Of a stretch of 64,000 bases of DNA, positions 10,626 through 22,100 are shown piece by piece. Every line of letters starts with the position of its first letter. The first letter of the stretch is position 1. The notes under the pieces were generated by a model. That model had not been told where the DNA came from and searched no databases. It saw only the letters and a list, made by a program, of their open reading frames with translations. The DNA comes from Thecamonas trahens ATCC 50062 (Eukaryota; Protista; Apusomonadida): assembly GCF_000142905.1 (NCBI RefSeq), contig NW_013657651.1, positions 1 to 64,000 on the forward strand, read 5' to 3'. A program made the position numbers and the translations under genes.

Positions 10626-12167
10626 TCAAGCTGTCGAGCCAGCGGAGCGACCGCTCGGTCGGCATCCGAGTGTGTTAATAGAATAAAGAACAACATCACA
10701 AGTGAGGGGTGGTGGATGCAATGCCATGATGGCGCTTGCTTGCGCGCGGTTCGCCGGAAATGGTTTCGCCGATGCGCTTGCCGTTGGTGTTGGTTGAGGG
10801 GTGTTGCCGCTTGCCTGCTGCTGCGCGGCCTGCTGCGAGGCTTGATGCTGGGCCTGCAGCATCTGGGCCTGGTTCTTCAGCTGCTGCAGCTGATGCATCT
10901 GCTGCGCCTGCTGCGCCTGCTGCGCCTGTTGCGCCTGCTGCAGCTGCTGCATCTGCTGCATCTGCTGCATCTGTTGGAGCTGATGCAGCTGCTGCATCTG
11001 CTGCGCCTGCTGCATCTGCGCTTGCTGCGCCGGCACATGCTGCTGATGCTGAGGCTGATGCTGCACATGCATCGACGGATTCCAAGCCTGCGACGGCCAG
11101 CCGCCAGCAGCGCTCGACTGGCTCGCCTGCGGAAAGCCGCCGTGCACAGGCATGCCATGCGGGTAGCCCGGCATCGCAGAGTTCAGGCCGACCAGCGGCG
11201 AGCCCGAGCCTGAGCCCGAGACAGGCATGCTGCTGCTTGGGTTGCCTGTCGACGACGACGACGCCATCGCCATCGGCATGGACTCGTTCGACGACGAAGG
11301 CGTGCCCGAGAGCCCAGACATGACCACACCGGACGTGAGGTCGATTGTGGGGAACGGCGACGACACCCCGCCGGGGCCAAGCTGCGGCACCATCGACGCG
11401 GCAAGCGGAGGCACTATCGGCGCGGCCATGCCGCCAGTCATCGGCGCCGCCTCCAGGAGCTTGACACGTTGCTCCAGGTATCCGATGTACTCAATGGTCC
11501 GCTGCAGGAGCACCGTCCGCGTCACTCGCTCAGCCGAGTTGATCGGCACGTGATGCCGCAGCACCTCGAGCGTGTCGAGGATGTCGCGTCGTCGCTGCCG
11601 CTCCTTGCGCCGCTGTCGGTCCCGCTGCAGCGGCGTCTTGCCCGTCTTGATCACGCTCGGCATTTCGAGCTTGACTGGCGGCGCTGTCGGCGTCCGCGGC
11701 GCCTCCATCGACGACATTGTACGCGTCCCGCCCGCACCACCGGCTGTGCCATTGCCGCCAGCCGTGTCGGCCACATCTCCCTTCTTGCCGCTGCCTCTGC
11801 CTTCACGGTCCTTGTATGAATCCGGTGGTGTGGTGGAGCCGGAGCCGTCCGAGCCCGACGTCCGTGGTGTTGAGATGGAGCCCGTGCTCCGCGAAAAGTC
11901 GCCGCCCCGCCGTGCCTCGCGTGACCCGACGCTCTCATTCGAAAACGACGCCGTCCTGTTCTCTTCCTCGCCACTGTTGCTTGTTGATGTGTTGTTGCTA
12001 GTGTTGCCCGAGCTGTTGCTCGATCCACTATGCTGTAGTCCTCCCGGCCGCCGCGGTTGACCACCAGGGGTTGGGGAGCCATGGCCTACGGGCCCTTCCA
12101 TATTTTTTTTTGCACCCTTCGTGAAGGGTTGGCGAAAAATGTCCGCACCTCCGTTAGTCCTCCGCAT
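10626..12167 (-). CDS. bHLH(-ZIP) transcription factor with polyQ-rich C-terminus
   Basis: RRKERQRRRDILDTLEVLRHHVP..RVTRTVLLQRTIEYIGYLEQRVKLLE fits a Myc/Max/Mlx-type bHLH-ZIP. Q-rich tract at ~10820-11065. Confidence 0.8.
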   Translation of the reverse strand: MRRTNGGADIFRQPFTKGAKKNMEGPVGHGSPTPGGQPRRPGGLQHSGSSNSSGNTSNNTSTSNSGEEENRTASFSNESVGSREARRGGDFSRSTGSISTPRTSGSDGSGSTTPPDSYKDREGRGSGKKGDVADTAGGNGTAGGAGGTRTMSSMEAPRTPTAPPVKLEMPSVIKTGKTPLQRDRQRRKERQRRRDILDTLEVLRHHVPINSAERVTRTVLLQRTIEYIGYLEQRVKLLEAAPMTGGMAAPIVPPLAASMVPQLGPGGVSSPFPTIDLTSGVVMSGLSGTPSSSNESMPMAMASSSSTGNPSSSMPVSGSGSGSPLVGLNSAMPGYPHGMPVHGGFPQASQSSAAGGWPSQAWNPSMHVQHQPQHQQHVPAQQAQMQQAQQMQQLHQLQQMQQMQQMQQLQQAQQAQQAQQAQQMHQLQQLKNQAQMLQAQHQASQQAAQQQASGNTPQPTPTASASAKPFPANRAQASAIMALHPPPLTCDVVLYSINTLGCRPSGRSAGSTA

Positions 12168-13861
12168 GGTAGCGTAGGCACCCTAAAGCAACCACACCCT
12201 ACGACACGTGGACAGCAATTGCATGACTGTCGAAGACAACTGACGTCATCGCCCACCACGGTTCCCTATCCCACAAACACACACACAAACACACACACAC
12301 AACCGTCACATATCGATTACGCTTTTGCGTAGGTTTGGCTGACCTAAAGCCACAAACCCCCAACACCCCTGGTCAAGCGGGTCAAACTCGGAGTCGGTTC
12401 CTGGCCGATTCGTCGACGTCGCGCCTCCCCCCAGGGCAAACCCCCCGAGAAAACACACATACGCACATGCTACAATCCCACAGCTTGACGAGACATGCCC
12501 CGGAACCATGCTTAACCTCGCATGTCCCTTTCTGACAGACTGACATACCTACCTTCTTATGCAATGGGGTGAGTGGTGTGTGCGAGGGGTGGGTAGCCTC
12601 TGGTTTTTGTCGCGGCTCCTTCGACAGCTTGCCCAATTTGGCGACGTGTCGCCAGCGCACGTGCGAATCACAGCCGCAACACTACCATCGCGCGCACACA
12701 CTGCGTTCATCATGCTCATCTTTCTTGTCAGCCTCTCAGCTTTCTGAAAAGCTTGCCCCGTCACTGTCTCCGCTTTTATCTGTGTTGTCAGCGATCCACT
12801 ACAACCTCACGGATGACGCTGCTCTTCCGCTGGTTTTGACCAGGCGGGGAACTGGGGGACTTCGCGAAGTGGTTCTTTGTCGACGCATCGGTTGAAATTG
12901 CCCGCACGAACCCTTCGTGAAACGCCCTATCCAACAGAGCTTGGTAGGCCGCCTCTAACACCGACAACATGCAAACTGCTCCTCAAGGCAGCAGGTGCTC
13001 CTTCGCGTGGATGCTACCGTAGACGCATTTGGCAGGTTTGCAAGTGGCTCCCTCTCCCATAGCTGCCTGGTGTGGTTTGCAGCTGGCAGCGCGAGCCGCT
13101 TCCGACAAGACCCGCGCCAATACTGATCACCCCGGCTCCGCACCGAACTATCTTCACTCACCACCATCGCAGATCAATTTCCACATGGCTACATGACACA
13201 ATCTTCTCCCAACCCCCATCCTTACAGCATCCCACCCTCTCCATTGTCGTCCTGGCATCAAAGGCAGGGTCAACGCGTTCTCCTTTCCGGCTACTCAGCC
13301 GCAACTTCAGCTCGTACGTTAAATTGGTTCCACACCCTCGGCGTCGCCCCTGTGCCGCTCACCGGCAATTGTTGCGTTTGCATGCCGCCATATTGGACGC
13401 ATCAATAGCTACGCGCCCAAGCCGCTCATCTGCACCCCCGCATGTAGCCGTTCCATGTAGCCACCCAACCCCCACCCACCCACCCACCCCCAGATGCGCG
13501 TCATACCTTTCGTTCTCCCCACCACACTTACCCCATTTGCCTGTCTCGGCCATTCAGAAAGCCGACCACTACCGGCAAGTCCCGGTGTCTCGCCAACATA
13601 TTTTTCGCCCTCCGTAACCAAGCAACCTCCCGACCGCACAGCTAGCGGCGGCTCGGTGGGTGACGACCCGCCGCCGCTCCCATTCCCGGCGACGGCGCCA
13701 AAGCCAACTCCCGCTGAGCCTCCCACCTCCCACCTCCCACCTCCCCTTCCACACATACACATACACACCACACACATACATACACATACACGCACACACA
13801 CACACACACACACACAGACACACACAGACACACAGACACACTCGACGTAGACACGAGACGC

Positions 13862-16183
13862 ATGGGCTCATCCCACTCACGCACCAATGGCGAAGGTGGG
13901 GGGCATGAGAGTGGCGGGTTTGGGCAGACCTTTTCCGCCTCGGCAGGCCTGGGAACAGGTCGAGGAGCAAGTCGAGGTGGGGGAACTCCGTCGACTGCGC
14001 CAGGTGCTACCCCATCGACTCCCTTCCACGACCATCTCTGTGCACCAGCCGGGATCAAGGTCATTCAATCGGCAGCTGCTGCTCAACTCGCTGGTCAAGG
14101 TCAAGTCGCCAGCATCGCCGCAGAGCTGGCAAAGGCCACCCTTGCCTACGGCGCCGCTCTCGACTCGGCCGCATCGTCCCTTGATGCCCTGGCAAAGAAA
14201 GAAGACTCCGGCTTTGGCACAGGTGCATCACGTGCTCTCATCGAGACGTCAAAGGCCCTCGCTGCCGCTGCTCACGTCAACAGCACTCGCGGCAGCTCGC
14301 TCAAGGCCGACATCGCCCAAGAGGCCGCTCGCGCCTGCGCCTACGAGGCAGAGTGCTACGCATCGTTTGAAGACTCGCTCTCATCCGCCTTTGACGCTTA
14401 CGAGTCGCTCCTGCACAACATCGAGGTCGCCGCCGCTGATGTCGCAGCTCGCCCGGTCTCGGCCGCCACGCTCTCAAAGTACGACACCGACATGCTCGAC
14501 GCGCGTCGCCGCTACGAGGCGCTAGGCGCAGAGATGCAGCGCTTCCTAGGTGTTGCCTACCAGATGCAGCGTCTGCGCTTTGTCCGTTTTGAGGATGCTC
14601 TCTCGTCGCTCACTCACTTTGCCGCTCTCGCTGCAGGTGCGCCCGTCGGCGGCCTCACCTCGCGCCCGGCCCGCTCCTCGCACTCGCGCACCTCGTCCGA
14701 GGTCTCCATCGACAGCTCTCTCGACACGGCCTCCTCGCTTCCGTCCGTGGGTGCCTCGTCGCGGGCCCGTGCTCGCTCCGTCACCGCCGCCTCGACAGAC
14801 TCGGGCCTTCCCGATGGTCGCCCACGCTTTGTCTTTGCCGACGCGGACATGGCCGATTTTGTCCGCTCCCACGCCATGCCGCCCGAACACCTCGACCCGC
14901 CGTCGCACCACTCGGCCTTGCATCCCATCTCAGCCCCGGCTCTCCACCCGCTCGTCAACACCCCGACTCCCACCCCGCTTGCCTCGGACTCGATGTCGTC
15001 GCTGTCAGACACCGCCCAGCGCCGCAAGCGTCGCCGCAAGCGCAAGCCCGCGCTCTCGCCCAACGCCGCCGCCGCCTCGCGCCGTCGCCGGAGACGCCGA
15101 AAACGCCGCTCGGACACCGGAGACGATGGTGACGCCGGCGACGACGGCGATGACGGTGATGACGGCGTACCCGAGTCCGAGTCTACACCCGCCTCGCCGC
15201 TGGCGTGTCAGCCGGCTCCGGTCGCCCATTCGCAGCGTGCATCGCAGCGTGCATCGCAGCGCGAGTCCGACACAGATCCGCCGTCGTCGCTCACCACCTC
15301 GCGAACCATCACATCACCCAACTCGTCGCCAGGCGCTTCATCATCGGGTGACTCGTCGTCGGGCGACTCGTCGTCGACAGGCATCGCCGCACCACCGCCG
15401 CGCAGTCCCGAAAGCGCCTCTGACACTGCCGCTGCTGCTGCCGATGCCGACGCCGCTGCTGCTGCCGATGCTGACGCCGCTGCTGCCGACGCTGCTGCTG
15501 CCACCGCTGCTGCCCTTGCCCTTCTCACCCCGGTCCGCCCAGGCGCCGCTGCTGGCGTCAAGTGCGCCCTGCCCAAGTCGTCGCTGTCGGGCACCGCCAC
15601 CGCCACAGGCTCGGGCTCGGACTCGGGCTCAGAGTCGTTTGCCACCGACGCTGCCAACCCCGACCTTGACACCGTCACCTCGGAGCTCGAGATGCACACG
15701 CCGATGACCTCGCTGCGGCCGGCCGACGCCGATGCTGCTGCTGACGCCGCTGCCGCCGCCGCACTTGCACCGCCGCCCAAGGCGCCGGCCTCCGAGGGCG
15801 TCGCTGACCGGGCACTACGCATCCGCGGGCGGGCGACGCCGTCGCGGATGGACTCGGGTACATGGCGCGAGTATCGCAACATGAGCCTCAAGCGCACCTT
15901 TGGATCGGCGTCGAAGCGGTTCCAGGGCCTGCTCGCCGAGCTCGACGCCGCCGCAGACGACTCGTCGCCGCCGCCGTCGCCGTCTGCGCTCCTCATCGAG
16001 GCCCGCGAGACCGAGACCGAGCTCGACATCAACTCGTGGTCGTCGAGCGACGGCAACTCGTCGGCAACGCTCAAACGCGCATCAACAGCCTCGCTCGCGG
16101 CATCGTCAAGTCTAGCCAAGGCGCCGTCAGCCCGCGAGCTCCGCTCGTCCTTCTACGACGAGCTCATCGACGACCTGCTCTGA
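13862..16183 (+). CDS. Putative F-BAR-like helical protein with N-myristoylation motif and long low-complexity C-terminus
   Basis: 773-aa ORF with host-like codon usage, starting MGSSHS. Helical segments (KEDSGFGT..., YDTDMLDARRRYE...MQRLRFVRFEDAL, ADMADFV) resemble the PSTPIP/Cdc15 F-BAR pattern. Confidence 0.5.
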   Translation: MGSSHSRTNGEGGGHESGGFGQTFSASAGLGTGRGASRGGGTPSTAPGATPSTPFHDHLCAPAGIKVIQSAAAAQLAGQGQVASIAAELAKATLAYGAALDSAASSLDALAKKEDSGFGTGASRALIETSKALAAAAHVNSTRGSSLKADIAQEAARACAYEAECYASFEDSLSSAFDAYESLLHNIEVAAADVAARPVSAATLSKYDTDMLDARRRYEALGAEMQRFLGVAYQMQRLRFVRFEDALSSLTHFAALAAGAPVGGLTSRPARSSHSRTSSEVSIDSSLDTASSLPSVGASSRARARSVTAASTDSGLPDGRPRFVFADADMADFVRSHAMPPEHLDPPSHHSALHPISAPALHPLVNTPTPTPLASDSMSSLSDTAQRRKRRRKRKPALSPNAAAASRRRRRRRKRRSDTGDDGDAGDDGDDGDDGVPESESTPASPLACQPAPVAHSQRASQRASQRESDTDPPSSLTTSRTITSPNSSPGASSSGDSSSGDSSSTGIAAPPPRSPESASDTAAAAADADAAAAADADAAAADAAAATAAALALLTPVRPGAAAGVKCALPKSSLSGTATATGSGSDSGSESFATDAANPDLDTVTSELEMHTPMTSLRPADADAAADAAAAAALAPPPKAPASEGVADRALRIRGRATPSRMDSGTWREYRNMSLKRTFGSASKRFQGLLAELDAAADDSSPPPSPSALLIEARETETELDINSWSSSDGNSSATLKRASTASLAASSSLAKAPSARELRSSFYDELIDDLL

Positions 16184-16212
16184 CCGCATCTAGCCAAAGC
16201 CTCTGCGCTTGT

Positions 16213-18523
16213 TTACAAAAGCACCGCCCGGAGCGCAATGCCGAGCGTGACCAGTGCCACAATAGTGAGTCCGCCAGCAAGCCGCGGTGTCACCACATAG
16301 CCGAGGAGGCCAAAGCCCTCGGAAATGCTGTTCTGGTAGACGAGGAGCGAGGTGTCGATGCCAACCGACCGCCGCATCGTCGCCAGCCGCTGGATCTCGG
16401 ACAGAATCTCGCGCATAAACACCGAGAACTGGGCCGAGATGTGGAGGAGCGCAAAGACAATGCCAAGGACGTAGACAATGACGTTGAACTCGGAAATCGA
16501 TTCAAGCACGTTGCACCCGGGGCACCCGACCGTCCAGATCGTCGTCAGCCAGTAGCCGCCGGCGAGCGCGTACGCCGCCAGACAAGGCCCAATCCACGCG
16601 TAGTGCTCGGCACAGAGTTGCTGGACCCGGGTAAACCACTCGTAGAGCGAGGCAACCTCGACGTCGCGGAGCGTCCCAATCCGAATCCGCCCGCGGACCA
16701 CCCGCGCCACTGCCGAAAGCAGCACGAGCTCGCCGCCAAACACGCCCACAACGCCCACTTGCACACAAACCGTGGCAGAGAACAGTAGGTGCAGCGCAGG
16801 CCGTGCGCCCGTCGGGAGCTCCACAGACACGTCGTCGAAAATCCGGATGAGTTTCGAGTTGAGGAGCCAGCACGAGACAACCGCCGCCACAAAGACAAGG
16901 AAGACCACTCGGTTGAGCTCCACGCGGAGCTCGTCGAGCGAGAGCGGGTTGAACGCCTCAAAGTCACGCGTCAGCGTCGACGTCAGAAACCGCACTGATG
17001 CTGTCAGGCTCATCGCTCGCATGCCGCGGTGCTCTTCGGCCTTGGTGCACTTGCGGAAGAGGAACGCAAGCCGCGGCGTCGGGTTGTTGCGCAGAACGCC
17101 AAAGTAGGCCAGGAACGGCGCCGGCGAGAGCAGTGCAAATGCCACAGCATACGCCGGCGACTCTTGCACAAGCACAAGCGCCACCGCGGGAAGCGAGAAG
17201 AGTGAAAGCACAATGATGAGCCGGAGGATAAAAACAGGCAGTGCGCGCGCTGAGCAGAGCGACGGCGAGCCTCCCACCAGCCGCGGCTGTGGCAGCCCGC
17301 TGCCAGCCGCGGAACCCATCGCCTCCTCCTCCTCTTCATCTTCCTCTTCGCCACAGCCGCTGGAGCTTGCATGAGGATGCAGGCGCGCCACCTCCAGTGG
17401 TGGCCTCCCTGCTCTGGCGATCTCGCCCTCGTCCTCCTCCTGCTGCTCGATGACGACGCCGCCCGCACGAGCGTCGCCAAACAGCGCCGACGGTGACCGT
17501 AAAGTCGAGTTGCGCGTCATCCGTACCACCGTCCGCATCGAGTGCGAGACCGAAGGCGCTTCGTTCAAGCCCGGCCGCGAGTCGGTGGTGTGCAGCTGCA
17601 GGCTGCCGCCAAAGTCGCCGACAGCCGCCGGCGATGGTCCGACGGGCAACGGAATGCCCAGTAGCAACAGAAATCGCCAGAACATCCGCGCTTCGGTCCG
17701 CAGATGCCGCCGGTCCGTTCGGTCCTGGGCCACGAGCCCGCGCACAAGCTGCTCTTGGTTCGCCCAGTGCTGTTCCAAAAAGTCACCTGTCACTGACCGC
17801 GCTTCGCGGACGCCATCCATCGAGTCGTCCGACGGAAAGTCGCCGTCATCGCCGGCCCGGAACGAGCCGTCCCGGCCCATGCCGGCCGTGCGCCACGAGC
17901 GAGAGAACGACGCCACTCGCGGGATGGTCCCCGGCCCGCCGCCGGTTGTCGACGGCATCGACACCCCGGAAATGTGTGCGTGCGGGAGCCCGGACTGTCC
18001 GCCAGATCGCCCCGACACGTGCGAGCCGAGCCCGACATACCCGTGGCCCAAGCCAGGGCCGCCGAGCCCACCAATGGCATCACCTCCGAGATGCGCCTGT
18101 CCCTGGCCGCTGTAGTAGCCGTATCCCATGCGCCCGCCACCCAGCCCCATATCCTGCTCGCCAAACCGTCCGCTGTCGCCACCAAAGCCATACCCGACAC
18201 CGCCTGGCCCACCAGGCGCCGCCAGGCCGCCGCCTCCAAGCCCGGTGCCAACACTGGGACCGCCTCCAGGACCAGGACGCCCTCCATCGCCGCCACCACT
18301 GCCGCCGCCACGCCCACCACGCCCACGTCGAACACGATGGTCAGGAGGAGTAGGCGGACGAGGATAGACCTCAAACTGGTTGGCATACTCGGTGTCAAAG
18401 TCGTCATCAGAGTCCTCCGATGAGAACGAGCGATGTGGGGAGCCAGGCGCACCACCAACGACAACGCCACCACCACCGCCACCACCACCACCGCCACCAC
18501 CACGCCCACGACCGCCACCACCA

Positions 18524-18555
<32 letters not shown>

Positions 18556-18615
18556 GCCACCACCGCGTGCTGTTGGTATGCCTTCGTCACAGGCAGACTC
18601 ACTCTGGCTCGTCAT
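16213..18615 (-). CDS. Multi-pass membrane protein, candidate 7TM gustatory-receptor-like (GRL/DUF3537/7TMIC) protein with long Gly-rich N-terminus
   Basis: First ATG at 18615 (MTSQSES). Seven hydrophobic segments in the C-terminal ~340 aa, ending VYQNSISEGFGLLGYVVTPRLAGGLTIVALVTLGIAL. Confidence 0.6.
18468..18563. repeat. (CCA/CCG)n trinucleotide repeat encoding poly-Gly
   Basis: Directly visible. Confidence 0.85.
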
Positions 18616-19115
18616 GTCGCTCCCCTCCCCCTGACAAACCCTCGGCCACTTGCTCAACCTGAGAGCTTGCGCGACGTCGAGTGGCTGCGGTTGCAAGCAA
18701 TTGACTGGAGTGAACGTTCGAAATAATCGTTGGTCTCATGGCGAACGTTGCAATAATCGTTGGTCTCATGGTCATCGTTGGGGCGAACGTTGCAATAATC
18801 ATTAGTATCGTGTGTGGTCATGGTCACACGCATGGGCGAGCGGGACGGGATAAGGAGATGATCAGCCTGGCACACAACTCAGAAGGTCTCAAACTCTGCG
18901 CAGCTTGCCTCGATTCGATTTCTTGGTACTGTCATACATAGCTTCTAGCCAGAGACGCTGGCGTCCCATTTCAAGCCATTTTGCGATCACTTTTTCCTGG
19001 TCTTGATCAACTTGCCTCCATCCCCAGGAAAGACTACGTGTTCCCTGTCGGAAGCGTCTCGATCGAGATCCCGACCACAATGGATACAGGGTTAAAGAGG
19101 TTTAACAATAAAGAA

Positions 19116-22100
19116 TCAGTTGAGGCGATGGTAGCCAGATGACGACGGCTCATCGTCAGAGGCCGGGACGGAAGGGCCGAGGACGTGGGCGTGGGTGTGG
19201 ACAAAGACGACGACCGAGAGGGCGACAAAGGCGACGGCGCCGGCAACAAGGACGTAAGAGGCGGGCATGAGGGTGGCGTCTGCGGCTAGACAGACAGTGT
19301 TGCCCTTGAGCGGCTCGGAGAGGTACTCGTTGAGAATCGGGTTGAGGGCGGCGCACTGCGGGCCGACGACAAAGCCGATAAAGGTGTGAAGCTGGGCAAG
19401 GCCGGCGACGAGCGAGATGACAGCCACGTCGACGGCGGACCACGAGCAGGTGACTTCGACGGCAACGGCGAGGCGGCGCTGCCACGCAAGACTGAGCGGG
19501 ACAAACCAGAGGACAACCGCAAGGAGCGTGGCCACGAGCGGGAGCACGAGCGAGGCGATGTAGTAGAGAACCTGCAGGACGATGATGCCAAAGTTGGACT
19601 TGTGCGTGGCACGGACAAAGGCTTCGCCCACGTCATACAGTGAGTACTCTTCCGACGAGGGCTGCTCAAGGACGCCAAGGACGTACGCGATGGCGCCGTC
19701 GAGCTCAATCGAGAACAGCGGGACAACAGCAGCAATGGAGACGCAGGCGAGCGTGACGACCGAGGTGACTGCCACAAACACCGTGGCCCCGACCGAGGCC
19801 TTGCGCCAGAGCGGAGGTCCGACCGCCGAGTCTCTTGCCAAGCCGAGCGGCGTCGAGCCCGGCGAGCCGCACTCGGCGCCATTGAGGACGAGGGCAACAC
19901 CGGCCGGCGAGATCGCGCCGGCGGTGACCAGCTGGTGACGGCGAGCCTCGTTGCGATGAAGCTTGAGGACAAGGTGCGAGAAGAAGAGGCAGGCACAGAG
20001 TGTGGCGACTTCGACGTACATCAGCGGCGTCGGCTCGACAGCAACGTCGACGGTAAAGGTCTGCCCGGACGGCGCCCCGGGCGGCGCAATGAGCTTGACA
20101 TGGAGGGTGATCATGACGAGGTAGATCGAGTAGATGGAGACCAGGATCCATGTCCCCATCATCTGGGTGAGGTGGAGGGCGAGGAGGCGGACGCGCCGCG
20201 GGAACCACGACGGCCGCAGCAGCAGTGAGCCGGCAAGCACCGAGTGCTTGATGTACGTCCACCCTCCCGAGAAGACGGCAAGGAGGATGGCTGGCGGATA
20301 GACCTTGGCATCCCAAAAGTCCTGCACAGAGCCCTTGAGCGTAAACGAGAAGAGCGACGGGAGGTGGGCCTCGCGGCCGCCGACGTCGAAAAAGGCAAAG
20401 AGGAACGCAACAGTGCCTGCGCTCACATTGATGACGCAAGCGAGGTTAGCCCAAATGAGGACAACAAGCCCGCTGGTGACAACCGGCGAGACGTCGAGCG
20501 CGAGCGCAAGAGGCAGGTCGTCGTCGTCCTTGGCCGTCTTGCCCACGTACGCCAGCCAACCGAGCGAGGTGGTCGAAGCAACGACGAAAAACGCCAGCGC
20601 AATGACAATCGCCAGATGCGAGAACGCCTCCTCCTGCTCTTGTGGACCCGACTGTGGATACTGCGCCTTGAGCGTCTTGAGCTCGGACGCCAAGGCGTGG
20701 TTGATCTCGGGCTCGACGAGCGGGACGACCACGCAGTCGAGCGTGCCCGGAAGCGACGCCGCAAAACCGTACTCGAGGAACCGGAGCGTCTCCAGAGCCG
20801 CGGTGTTGAGCTCCGAGCCGGCCGTCCCATTGAGGCCATACACAACGACGTCGACAAACGAGGCGTTGAACCAGAGCGACTCAAGACTGACAGCGTCGAC
20901 CGAGGCAAGCAAGTTGCCCGGCGAGAGGTACTGCGAGGTGTCGAGCGAGCTGAGAAACTCGGCGTCAATCGCGACGTACGTCGAGATGTCGAGCGTGGCT
21001 CCAGCGAGCCTGCCCGAGAGCACACCGCAGTCGGTAAAGACGCCATCGCCGGCGAGTGCCGTGGCACTCGCCGCCACGCAGAATGAGATGTTCGCGGCCA
21101 GAGCGTCGGCCGAAATCGATGACGATAGCACGTACGGCGACCACGAGGCCGGACGGAGCGTGTCAAGCTGCTGCCAGGTGTCGAGCCCATTGAGCGCAAG
21201 CTCGCCGAGCTCGATAGTGATGTTGAGGGTGTTGTCGAGGAGGGCGACGGCGAGGGTGGTGTTGAGGTCGACGGCGTAGTACCCGTCGTCGGTGAGCTCG
21301 TCCACGAGGGCGTCGAGCCCGACCGAGGTCGACACGTTGTTGACGACGTAGTCAAGGAGGGCAACAACCGGGTTGGTACGGAGGTTGATGAGCCCGCCGG
21401 GCGGTGGCGGCGGAAGTGGCGGCGGCGGCGTGGCGCGGCGCTCGGCGACGCAAGTCCCGACCTCGTCGGCCACATGGTCGAGCGCAAGCGACATTTTCGA
21501 CGCCAGATCAGGCGCAACCTTGGAGCAGAGGAGGAACTGAAGCTCGACCTGGAGCTGTTTGTGGAGCAACTTGATGACAAAGTCCATGAGGTCGGCAACA
21601 ACGCCGCCGTGGAACTCGACCTTGGCCAGCTCGACCACGGCAGTGCAGTCCTCGACTGAGACGGAAGAAGGAAAGTTTGCCGACATGTGATGAAGGCCCA
21701 TAGCAAGGTCAAGGCGCGAGCCGTCACCAATGGCCAGATCGTAGCTGCCCGAGCCATGGAGATGCGGGAACTTGTCCTCTTGCACATGCCAATCACCCGC
21801 ACATTCAACAGCCAGCGCCCCAACCTTGACGTCCAGCGATGTGGTGCCTTCTTCCGTTGCCACATTGACCTCGAGATGACCAAGAACAAAGCCCTTGCAC
21901 TCGCCCTTGGTCAAGCTGATGGTCACCAGATCGTCCAACGTTTGAGTAAGCGGAGGAAGCGGGACGACCAAGTCGTCCAACCAACATTGCAAAGTGGTGC
22001 ATTGCTTCATCATGCTCTCAACCATCATCTTCCGTCTCTCCTCCATGGCGGTAGTCATCGTCGTGATGGACGCCATGGACGCTGTGGTCGTCACCGCCGC

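Noticed and set aside
12168-13861. Genes or ncRNA in the 1.7-kb divergent intergenic region
   Set aside because: Only short ORFs without codon bias, and no tRNA, snRNA or rRNA hallmark recognised. Probably promoters and UTRs.
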